NCBI RefSeq assembly: GCF_002075285.3
Contig: NZ_CP021983.2
Location: 990,001 to 1,022,000 of the forward strand
From: Halomicronema hongdechloris C2206
GTDB taxonomy: Bacteria; Cyanobacteriota; Cyanobacteriia; Phormidesmidales; Phormidesmidaceae
Direction: 5' to 3'
Length of the DNA stretch: 32,000 nt
Of this stretch, positions 1-7,629 are shown piece by piece. A program made the position numbers and the translations under genes. Below the pieces are notes generated by a model that saw only the letters and a program-made list of their open reading frames with translations, made no database searches and was not told the DNA's origin. Every line of letters begins with the position of its first letter. The first letter of the stretch is position 1.

Positions 1-248
1 AGTATGATATGTCTACTTACGACCGTCACGAGTTGAACTACGACAATGTCGCCTTGGGGCGCCTGCCTTACAAGGTCACCCAAGATCCGATGGTGACTCC
101 GTTGCGAGAGCTAGGCTATCTGCCCAAGGGCGTTACTGATCCCCACGATTTACCCGAAGGCTCCCGGCGCGCGGGTAAGCTCCCCCAGGAAATCTTGGAT
201 GAGATGGAAGCCGACGATGCCGAGGCTAAAGAAGATGCCAAGGCCTAA
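1..248 (+). CDS. ndhI: NDH-1 (NAD(P)H-quinone oxidoreductase) subunit I, 3' end; the 5' part lies outside the window
   Basis: The open frame runs from the window edge. The tail [22 protein letters not shown] matches the conserved C-terminal region of cyanobacterial NdhI. It lies directly upstream of ndhG and ndhE, as in the conserved ndhA-I-G-E cluster. Confidence 0.8.
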   Translation, partial: YDMSTYDRHELNYDNVALGRLPYKVTQDPMVTPLRELGYLPKGVTDPHDLPEGSRRAGKLPQEILDEMEADDAEAKEDAKA

Positions 249-358
249 TGACTAAGGTGATACTGGCCAGTTCACTGGATTGCTGGTCAGAGACCAGTGG
301 GTACATTCTGGCCAACGTTATAGTGATTGAGTGCTGATTTGAAGGAGAGTCCGCTACC

Positions 359-988
359 GTGACGCTTGCCGAAGGGGTACAACTGGTTTCGTTTGGCCTG
401 CTAGTAGCCATGATGTTGGGATCGGCCCTGGGGGTGGTCCTACTCGAAAATATCGTCTACTCAGCCTTTCTGTTGGGCGGCGTGTTCATCAGCATGGCCG
501 GGCTATATATTCTCCTAAATGCGGCCTTCGTGGCGGCAGCCCAGGTTCTGATCTATGTGGGAGCGGTGAATGTACTGATCCTATTTGGAATCATGCTGGT
601 CAATAAGCGACAGGCATTTCCCCAGGTCAAGTTGGCTTGGATAGGACGAGCCGCTACAGCAGCAGTATGTGCCGGGTTATTTGCCTTACTAACTACAACG
701 GTACTCAGCACGGGTTGGGCCATTTCTTCGGATGCTCCAGCCGGAGACAGTGCCACAATTTTGATCGGAGAGCACTTTTTCAGCGATTATCTGCTGCCCT
801 TTGAGCTGGCGTCGGTCCTGCTGTTGATGGCCCTGGTGGGGGCGATTATTCTGGCTCGCCGGGAATACCTGCCTGATGAGGTGCCAGGGGAGCCTATGTT
901 ACCAGAAGCATTGAAGCTAGCCGAGCGGCCTCGGGAACTCGTATCGGCTGGTCAGTCTTCGTCCCCCAATCCCTCCGACGAAGACTAG
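359..988 (+). CDS. ndhG: NDH-1 subunit 6 (NdhG)
   Basis: GTG start. MTLAEGVQLVSFGLL...VYSAFLLGGVFISMAGLYILLN..FVAAAQVLIYVGAVNVLILFGIMLVNKR closely resembles cyanobacterial NdhG. The protein is multi-TM hydrophobic and synteny with ndhI and ndhE fits. Confidence 0.93.
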   Translation: MTLAEGVQLVSFGLLVAMMLGSALGVVLLENIVYSAFLLGGVFISMAGLYILLNAAFVAAAQVLIYVGAVNVLILFGIMLVNKRQAFPQVKLAWIGRAATAAVCAGLFALLTTTVLSTGWAISSDAPAGDSATILIGEHFFSDYLLPFELASVLLLMALVGAIILARREYLPDEVPGEPMLPEALKLAERPRELVSAGQSSSPNPSDED

Positions 989-1102
989 CGCACTACGGCA
1001 GCCGCAACACTACCGCTGATTCCCCGACCTATGGTCATAGCCTCCTGCGCTGCCATCTACTAACTGTTTGAGTACGTCTTACGTCTGCCCTACCAGTGTG
1101 AT

Positions 1103-1408
1103 ATGCAACTAGAATATTTCCTCATCCTAGCGGCGGCCCTATTCTGCATCGGGGTCTATGGCCTTGTCACTAGCCGTAATGTGATTCGAGTGTTGATGTC
1201 CATTGAGTTGATGCTCAATGCCGTCAACTTGAACTTAATGGCCTTCTCCAATTACTTGGACCCAGCCAGTGCCAAGGGTCAGGTGTTTGCTGTGTTTGTC
1301 ATCACCATTGCTGCAGCAGAGGCGGCTGTGGGCTTGGCCATTGTCTTGGCGATTTATCGCAACCGCGACACCGTAGACATGGAACAGTTTAATTTGCTCA
1401 AGTGGTGA
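1103..1408 (+). CDS. ndhE: NDH-1 subunit 4L (NdhE)
   Basis: 101 aa with three hydrophobic helices. The segment [33 protein letters not shown] is typical of NdhE/NuoK. It follows ndhG. Confidence 0.93.
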   Translation: MQLEYFLILAAALFCIGVYGLVTSRNVIRVLMSIELMLNAVNLNLMAFSNYLDPASAKGQVFAVFVITIAAAEAAVGLAIVLAIYRNRDTVDMEQFNLLKW

Positions 1409-1453
1409 GGTCTTGGCCTCGGGAGACCGACTCCAAGTGGGGAACGATGCCTC

Positions 1454-1571
1454 AGAGGACATTTGAAAACTCGGCTGAAAGCCCTGCAGGGTAAGCGTTT
1501 TAGAGCGTATGGCTCTGTTGACCAGAATCCAGTCTGGAGCAAGGTTGCAGGGTACTTTCCAAATATCCTCT
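1454..1571. mobile_element. 118-bp MITE-like element, copy A, with 12-bp terminal inverted repeats AGAGGAyATTTG
   Basis: It is the exact reverse complement of 14182-14299. Its ends AGAGGACATTTG ... CAAATATCCTCT are inverted repeats (11/12). An internal CCCTGCA/TGCAGGG pairing allows a long hairpin. It is intergenic, between ndhE and nadK. Confidence 0.6.
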
Positions 1572-1808
1572 CAGTCAGACTGTAGGCGTCAGAAGTTAGG
1601 AATGGTCCTGAAAATGATGTCGGGCTCCTGATTGTTGGGCCCTCCCCTAGTTGTCAACCAATCTGAATTTGGCAGCTCCCGAGCTGATTAATCATGGCCC
1701 AATTCGTGCCGCCATCTATGCGGCCCTCCGGATTTGTCGGATGTGGGCCGTAGATGCAGTCGAAATTCACTACAATTCAAGGGAATATGCCGAGACCTTG
1801 GCCAGATT

Positions 1809-2729
1809 TTGCAGCTGAAGCAAGTCATCATCGTTCACAAGGCAACCAACCGCCTCAGTCAACAGTGGGCCGAGCAATGCGCTGCTGAGCTTGAGGCCCT
1901 GGGGTGTGAGGTTTTACTTGGTCCCAGTGGTCCCAAGGACAATCCTTATCCAGTGTTTCTGGCCTCAGCCCATCGGCCCATCGACTTAGCCATTGTGTTT
2001 GGCGGCGATGGCACCGCCCTGGCTGCGGCCCGTCACTTGGCTACGGCCAATATTCCGATTCTGGCCGTGAATGTAGGCGGTCACCTAGGGTTTTTGACGG
2101 AATCCTCCGAAGAATTGAGTGATTCCCAGCAGGTGTGGCAGCGACTGCTCCACGACCGTTTTGCCGTACAGCAACGGATGATGCTCCAGGCTCAGGTGCA
2201 TCGGGGGCACCGCACCAATCTAGAGCCCATGAGCGACTGTTTTTTGGCCCTAAATGAGATGTGTGTCAAGCCGGCCTCGCCTGACCGCATGATCACCTCC
2301 ATTCTGGAGATGGAAATCGATGGCGAGGTAGTGGATCAGTATCAGGGAGATGGGCTGTTGATTAGCACCCCCACCGGTTCCACTGGCTATACGGTGGCGT
2401 CAGGTGGTCCCATCGTTCACCCGGGCATGGATGCGCTGATTGTGACTCCGATTTGCCCTTTGAGCCTCTCCAGCCGCCCCATTGTGCTGCCTCCTGGTAG
2501 TGTGGTTAGCGTCTGGCCCTTAGCCGATGCCGATCTCAACACCAAGCTTTGGATGGACGGGGTCCTATCGACGGCCATTTGGCCGGGCCAGCGGGTGGAT
2601 GTACGCCAGGCCGACTGCATGGCTCAGTTCATCGTCTTGCGGGAGAATTACTCCTACTACCGCACCCTCCGGGGCAAGCTGGCCTGGGCCGGTGCCCGCA
2701 TCAACTACACCAATAACCATCGCAACTGA
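1809..2729 (+). CDS. nadK: NAD+ kinase
   Basis: GGDGT motif (VFGGDGTALAAARHL), NVGGHLGFLTE, and GDGLLISTPTGSTGYTVASGGPIVHP. The ORF is open from 1734, but known cyanobacterial NAD kinases begin M(Q/E)LKQVIIxHK, which favours the in-frame TTG at 1809. The start is uncertain. Confidence 0.9.
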   Translation: MQLKQVIIVHKATNRLSQQWAEQCAAELEALGCEVLLGPSGPKDNPYPVFLASAHRPIDLAIVFGGDGTALAAARHLATANIPILAVNVGGHLGFLTESSEELSDSQQVWQRLLHDRFAVQQRMMLQAQVHRGHRTNLEPMSDCFLALNEMCVKPASPDRMITSILEMEIDGEVVDQYQGDGLLISTPTGSTGYTVASGGPIVHPGMDALIVTPICPLSLSSRPIVLPPGSVVSVWPLADADLNTKLWMDGVLSTAIWPGQRVDVRQADCMAQFIVLRENYSYYRTLRGKLAWAGARINYTNNHRN

Positions 2730-2990
2730 CGTGTATAGCCACCGCCATATTCCCCAACCGGGAAATCTGGCTTAGAGGTGATTTGCAAACCGCCTAAACA
2801 GTCGTCAGAGCAAGGTTTTCAGAAACACCGCGAACACTCCTGCAAGATCGCTAGAAGCCTTGAGAACACTTGCCTTGACGGCTCTTTAAGGTTTCCTTTG
2901 CAAATTAGCTCTCAACGCTGATGTCCGTTAACACGACTAGAACTCACTAACAGGGCGCTGCGTCCATTGCGGGCAATGATTATAAACGAA

Positions 2991-3017
2991 GAGCCAGGAG
3001 CGTTTGACTCCTGACTC
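2991..3017. terminator. Hairpin between the convergent nadK and glgP genes, a possible bidirectional terminator
   Basis: GAGCCAGGAG-cgtttga-CTCCTGACTC forms a 10-bp stem with one mismatch. There is no clear U tract. Confidence 0.3.
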
Positions 3018-3079
3018 TCACCCCCAGCAACCCCCTTAGGTTAGGACGGACTCTACCCAACCCAGCTCAGTGTTCTGCC

Positions 3080-5608
3080 TTAAACCGCTAGGGTTTCTCC
3101 CAGTTGGGCATGGTCGGTCAGCTCAATCGGGACCGCCGGCGTACGCCACACGTCTCGGCAGTAGTCCTGGATAGAGCGATCGGAGGAGAACAGTCCCATG
3201 CGAGCCACATTCAGGATGGACATGCGGGTCCAGTGGGTGCGATCGCAAAAGGCCTGTCCCACCCGTTCTTGGCAAGCCACATAGTCCTGGTAATCGGCCA
3301 ACAATAGGTAGGGATCCCAGTTCAATAGAGAATCTATCAAGGGCTTAAACACCTCCCCATCACCACGGCTGAAGGTTCCCACCAGAATGCTATCCAGGGC
3401 CTGCTTCAGTTCTGGATCGCCTTGATAATAGTCCCAAGGGTTATAGCCCTGGGCCTTGAGGGCATAGACCTCAGGGGCAGTGAGGCCAAACAGGAAGAAA
3501 TTCTCTGCCCCCACCTCATCGCGAATCTCCACATTGGCCCCGTCCAAGGTGCCAATGGTCACCGCCCCATTCAGGGCAAACTTCATATTGCCAGTGCCCG
3601 AGGCTTCCTTACCGGCCATGGAAATCTGCTCCGAGAGATCCGCCGCCGGATAAATCCGCTGGGCCAATCTGACATTGAAGTTCCTCAGGAAGACCACCTT
3701 CAGCCGATCCCGCATGGCCGGATCGTGGTTGATCACTTCCGCTACCCCATTCACCAGCCGAATCATCAGCTTGGCCACGTGGTAGCCAGGAGCTGCCTTG
3801 CCGCCGAAGATAAATGTCCGCGGTGGCACCTCCAGGTTGGGGCTGGCTTTCAGACGGTGATACAGGGTGATAATGTGCAGCACATTCAGATGCTGCCGCT
3901 TATACTCGTGGATGCGCTTCACCTGCACATCAAACAGCGACTCAGGATTGATCACCAAGCCATTCTGCTTAGCCATGTAGTTGGCCAGATCCCCCTTATT
4001 GGCCTGCTTAATCATGTGCCAATCATGCTGAAAGCTGGGATCCTCCGCCTTGGCCTCCAGGCGTTTTAACTCATCCAAGCGACTGACCCAGGTGTCGCCG
4101 ATGGTGCGATTCAGCATTTCGGTTTGGCGGGGGTTACTTAGCACCATAAACCGGCGGGGCGTCACCCCATTGGTCTTGCTGTTGAACTTCTCTGGATACA
4201 GCTCATAGAAGTCCTTCAGCACATCCTGCTTCAGCAGCTCGGTATGCAGAGCCGCCACCCCATTGATGGAGAAACTGCCGACACAGGCCAAATGGGCCAT
4301 GCGCACATATCGTTCGCCCGATTCATCAATCAGCGACAACCGGCGTAGGCGATCGCTATCGTCTGGGAACCTGGCTCGCACCTGCTCCAGGAAGCGATGG
4401 TTGATCTCATAGATGATCTCCAGATGCCGCGGCAATAGCTGGCCAAACATGTCTACGGGCCACTTCTCCAGGGCCTCTGGCATCAGCGTGTGGTTGGTAT
4501 AGGCAATGCTGCGCTGGGTAATGTCCCAAGCCGCATCCCAGCTGAGGCCATGCTCATCCATGAGTAATCGCATCAACTCAGCTACTGTAACCGCCGGATG
4601 GGTGTCATTGAGCTGAATCACGAATTTCTGCGAAAACTGACTCAACGCCAACCCCTGGCGGGCCAAAATCCGCAGCATATCCTGCAAGGAACAGGACACG
4701 AAGAAGATCTGTTGCGCCAACCGCAGGCGCTTGCCCTGGGAAATATTGTCATTGGGGTACAGCACCTTGGAGAGGTTCTCCGAGGAGAGCTTGTCTTGCA
4801 CTGCCCCCAGATAATCGCCCGAGTTAAATATCTCAAAGTCGAAGGCTTCTGGGGCCTGGGCCGACCATAGTCGCAAGGTGTTACAGGTATTGGTACGATA
4901 TCCGGCAATGGGCATATCGTAGGGCACCCCTTTGATCACCTGGTAGGGGATCCAGCGGACTCGATAGCGGCCGCTACGGTCGGTATAGGCTTCCGTATGG
5001 CCCCCTAGTTTCACATCCACAGCCCACTCCGGCCGCGGCAGCTCCCAGGGATTGCCCAGGCGCAGCCACTTATCGGTCACTTCTACCTGCTGACCGTTGC
5101 GGATATCTTGCCGGAAGATGCCGAATTCATAGCGAATGCCATAGCCAAGACTCGGGACCTCCAAGGTGGCCATGGAGTCGAGGTAACAGGCGGCTAATCG
5201 GCCCAAGCCCCCGTTACCTAGCCCCGGCTCTGCCTCCTGTTCCATCAGCTCATCTAGGTTGAGCCCGAGGTCAGCCACGGCTTGCTGAACGATGTCGTAA
5301 ATCCCCAAGTTAACCAGGTTGTGGCCCAGTTGTGGCCCCATCAGGAACTCAGCCGACAGGTAGGCCACCGTCCGAGACCCTTGCTCTGTATAGGCGGCTG
5401 CGGTACTGATCCAGCGCTGCAATAGGCGATCGCGTACCGTATAGGCCAATGCCATGTAGTAGTCATGCTGGGTCGCCAAGCGGGGAAACTTGCCTTGGAT
5501 ATAGAACAAATTGTCTAAAAATGCACGTTTCAGGGTCTCAGGGGTGAGACCCGTGCGGTCGTCCTCGACTTGAACAGCCGCATGATTCAGATTGGCAGCG
5601 GGTTGCAT
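3080..5608 (-). CDS. glgP: Glycogen (alpha-glucan) phosphorylase
   Basis: 842 aa with the pyridoxal-phosphate lysine motif EASGTGNMKFALNGA. Family-typical blocks GNGGLGRLAACYLDS and TNHT are present, and the length is full. Confidence 0.95.
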   Translation of the reverse strand: MQPAANLNHAAVQVEDDRTGLTPETLKRAFLDNLFYIQGKFPRLATQHDYYMALAYTVRDRLLQRWISTAAAYTEQGSRTVAYLSAEFLMGPQLGHNLVNLGIYDIVQQAVADLGLNLDELMEQEAEPGLGNGGLGRLAACYLDSMATLEVPSLGYGIRYEFGIFRQDIRNGQQVEVTDKWLRLGNPWELPRPEWAVDVKLGGHTEAYTDRSGRYRVRWIPYQVIKGVPYDMPIAGYRTNTCNTLRLWSAQAPEAFDFEIFNSGDYLGAVQDKLSSENLSKVLYPNDNISQGKRLRLAQQIFFVSCSLQDMLRILARQGLALSQFSQKFVIQLNDTHPAVTVAELMRLLMDEHGLSWDAAWDITQRSIAYTNHTLMPEALEKWPVDMFGQLLPRHLEIIYEINHRFLEQVRARFPDDSDRLRRLSLIDESGERYVRMAHLACVGSFSINGVAALHTELLKQDVLKDFYELYPEKFNSKTNGVTPRRFMVLSNPRQTEMLNRTIGDTWVSRLDELKRLEAKAEDPSFQHDWHMIKQANKGDLANYMAKQNGLVINPESLFDVQVKRIHEYKRQHLNVLHIITLYHRLKASPNLEVPPRTFIFGGKAAPGYHVAKLMIRLVNGVAEVINHDPAMRDRLKVVFLRNFNVRLAQRIYPAADLSEQISMAGKEASGTGNMKFALNGAVTIGTLDGANVEIRDEVGAENFFLFGLTAPEVYALKAQGYNPWDYYQGDPELKQALDSILVGTFSRGDGEVFKPLIDSLLNWDPYLLLADYQDYVACQERVGQAFCDRTHWTRMSILNVARMGLFSSDRSIQDYCRDVWRTPAVPIELTDHAQLGETLAV

Positions 5609-5966
5609 AAAAATCTCGTAGTTGGAGCCTCAACCCATGGCTAGATAGGTAACTAGATATGGGTGATGAAAGCCTTACTCTACACTGCACGGACCAAATC
5701 TTGGCAGGGATTGAGGCAGACATTGTGGAATCTTTAAATGCCGCATTAAAGTCTCGCCGATAGGTTACAAGTCGCTATATTTCGTGACAGTTGTTTAATC
5801 TAAGCCCTATTTGCTGACACTCCCCCTCCTGGATGATCCCCCTCGTCCCCAGCTCTACAGCGGATGCCGCCATTCCTAATCTTCAGGTTTCTATTTCTGC
5901 AACCCATCTCAGCCTGTCCCCTGGCTATGACACAGTGAGGACATGAATTTTCTGGAGACCCCTGAT

Positions 5967-6707
5967 ATGAGATCGAGATCCCCCTGGTCCTGGCCCCTGT
6001 CTAGCATTCTGCTGGGCTGCACCCTAGCCACTACCCTGAGCCTAGGCAGCCAAGGCCTCTTAACCGCCACGGCCCAGGAACCGATTCTGCGTACCCTGAC
6101 AGTCACTGGTCAGGGTCGTGAGTCCGTGCAAACCACCCTGACTCAAGTGGATTTAGGGGTTGAGGTCAACGGTCGTGAGGCAGAGCAGGTGCAGCAACAA
6201 GTGGCCCAGCGGACGGCTGCGGTGGTAGAGCTATTGCGCGATCGCAACGTGGACAAATTAGAAACCACCGGCATTCAACTCTATCCCCAGTACGACTATG
6301 ACAATGGCCAGGCCGACATCATCGGCTACCGCGGTAGCAACACCGTCCGGTTTCGCATTGCCACCGATGCGGCTGGCCCCTTAATCGATCAGGCCATTGC
6401 CGCCGGAGCCAACCAGATTCAAGGGATTCAATTCGTCGCCACCGACGAGGCCCTGGCCACGGCCCGCCAAAGCGCCCTACGAGAAGCCACCGAAGACGCT
6501 CAGCAGCAGGCCAATACGGTGTTGCAGGTGCTGAATCTCGGCCCCCAGGAAATCGTCAGCATTCAGATCAACGGCGCCGAGACCCCCATGCCCATTCCCC
6601 TGCCCCGTCAGGCCCGCCTGTCTGCCGCCGAAGCCGATGTGTCTACTCCGGTAGTCGGTGGTGAACAGACCGTTGAGGCCAGAGTAACGCTGCAGATTCG
6701 CTACTAA
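5967..6707 (+). CDS. SIMPL/DUF541 domain protein, probably exported
   Basis: The segment LTVTGQGRESVQTTLTQVDLGVEV...IGYRGSNTVRFRI...GGEQTVEARVTLQIRY matches the SIMPL/DUF541 pattern. The N-terminus MRSRSPWSWPLSSILLGCTLATT looks like a signal or lipoprotein peptide. The ORF is open from 5943, and the ATG at 5967 is preferred. Confidence 0.8.
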   Translation: MRSRSPWSWPLSSILLGCTLATTLSLGSQGLLTATAQEPILRTLTVTGQGRESVQTTLTQVDLGVEVNGREAEQVQQQVAQRTAAVVELLRDRNVDKLETTGIQLYPQYDYDNGQADIIGYRGSNTVRFRIATDAAGPLIDQAIAAGANQIQGIQFVATDEALATARQSALREATEDAQQQANTVLQVLNLGPQEIVSIQINGAETPMPIPLPRQARLSAAEADVSTPVVGGEQTVEARVTLQIRY

Positions 6708-6780
6708 AATGCGATGGTCATTGGCTGCGCCGCCCCAGAGCAGCTAGGCAGGCCCTGAAGCGCCATGGCATCTGACCAAA

Positions 6781-6952
6781 CCGACAAGTAGGAGTATTCG
6801 TAGTGTGGGCATTGCCTTTTCTAGGGCCTAATGATACTCGTCATTCATCTACTCAATGCCCACCTTTGCGAAAGATTGGTGGGCCAGCCAAGAGCCTTGA
6901 CCATTGCTGGGAGCAGCGGCAATGAACTTGCCCACCCTACCCATTGCTCGCT
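6781..6952. repeat. 172-bp direct repeat, copy 1, part of a 560-bp tandem duplication
   Basis: Identical to 7341-7512 except for 2 mismatches (ctagggccta vs ctaaggcctc). It contains the 10-bp inverted pair GTGGGCATTG...CAATGCCCAC. Confidence 0.9.
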
Positions 6953-7160
6953 CTGAATCCAGCCAAGCTTGACGCTCTGGATTCCCGCCTCCGCGGGAAT
7001 GACAGGAGTACGTTGTCTTCAGGCCTCAACATCATCACGATAAAGATTACCGTCATTCCGGGCAAGGGCAGCGCGACCCGGAATCCAGGCAGAGGGCGTT
7101 GCGGCATGATGGTTGTCTCGGAGTCTGCCAATGAAAGATTCTATCAACCTGAATAAGTCC
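6953..7160. repeat. MITE-like insert with GGATTCCCGC..GCGGGAATGAC and GTCATTCCGGG..CCCGGAATCC hairpins, ending CAACCTGAATAAGT
   Basis: It is present in copy 1 of the 560-bp duplication but absent from copy 2. Related pieces occur at 26780-26850 and, inverted, at 27723-27850. The ORFs on it (6937-7131, 6944-7156) read like repeat translations (FPRRRESR, VIPGKGSATRNPG). Confidence 0.4.
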
Positions 7161-7340
7161 TAGCTGCCCAGACATATATGCTGGTGTCAACCCCAGTCGC
7201 GCTTGGCGAAGCCTGGCTGAAAGCCATACATCACAGGCGGTTCGCTCTGGATGTCGGAGTCCGAGGGGAACGAAATCCCTCGGGTGAGCACCCCGAGCTA
7301 CCTAATTCAGCGTGGCCTTAGCGAGCGTGACCACCCCTCA

Positions 7341-7512
7341 CCGACAAGTAGGAGTATTCGTAGTGTGGGCATTGCCTTTTCTAAGGCCTCATGATACTCG
7401 TCATTCATCTACTCAATGCCCACCTTTGCGAAAGATTGGTGGGCCAGCCAAGAGCCTTGACCATTGCTGGGAGCAGCGGCAATGAACTTGCCCACCCTAC
7501 CCATTGCTCGCT
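7341..7512. repeat. 172-bp direct repeat, copy 2
   Basis: See 6781-6952. The two copies are offset by exactly 560 bp. Confidence 0.9.
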
Positions 7513-7629
7513 GGCTGAGCGGAGTCGAAGCCAGCGAGACTCAGGCCAACAAGATTCTACAAACCTGAATAAGTCCTTGCGGCTGAGACATATATGCTGG
7601 TGTCAACCCCAGGATCGGAGCCCAGCCCC

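Noticed and set aside
3422-4069. A 215-aa ORF on the plus strand inside glgP, plus smaller ones at 3104-3307, 4598-4870 and 4642-4908
   Set aside because: It is antisense or out of frame to a full-length, motif-complete glycogen phosphorylase. The translation is Gly/His/Leu/Gln-rich with no domain pattern, which is typical of shadow ORFs in GC-rich coding DNA.
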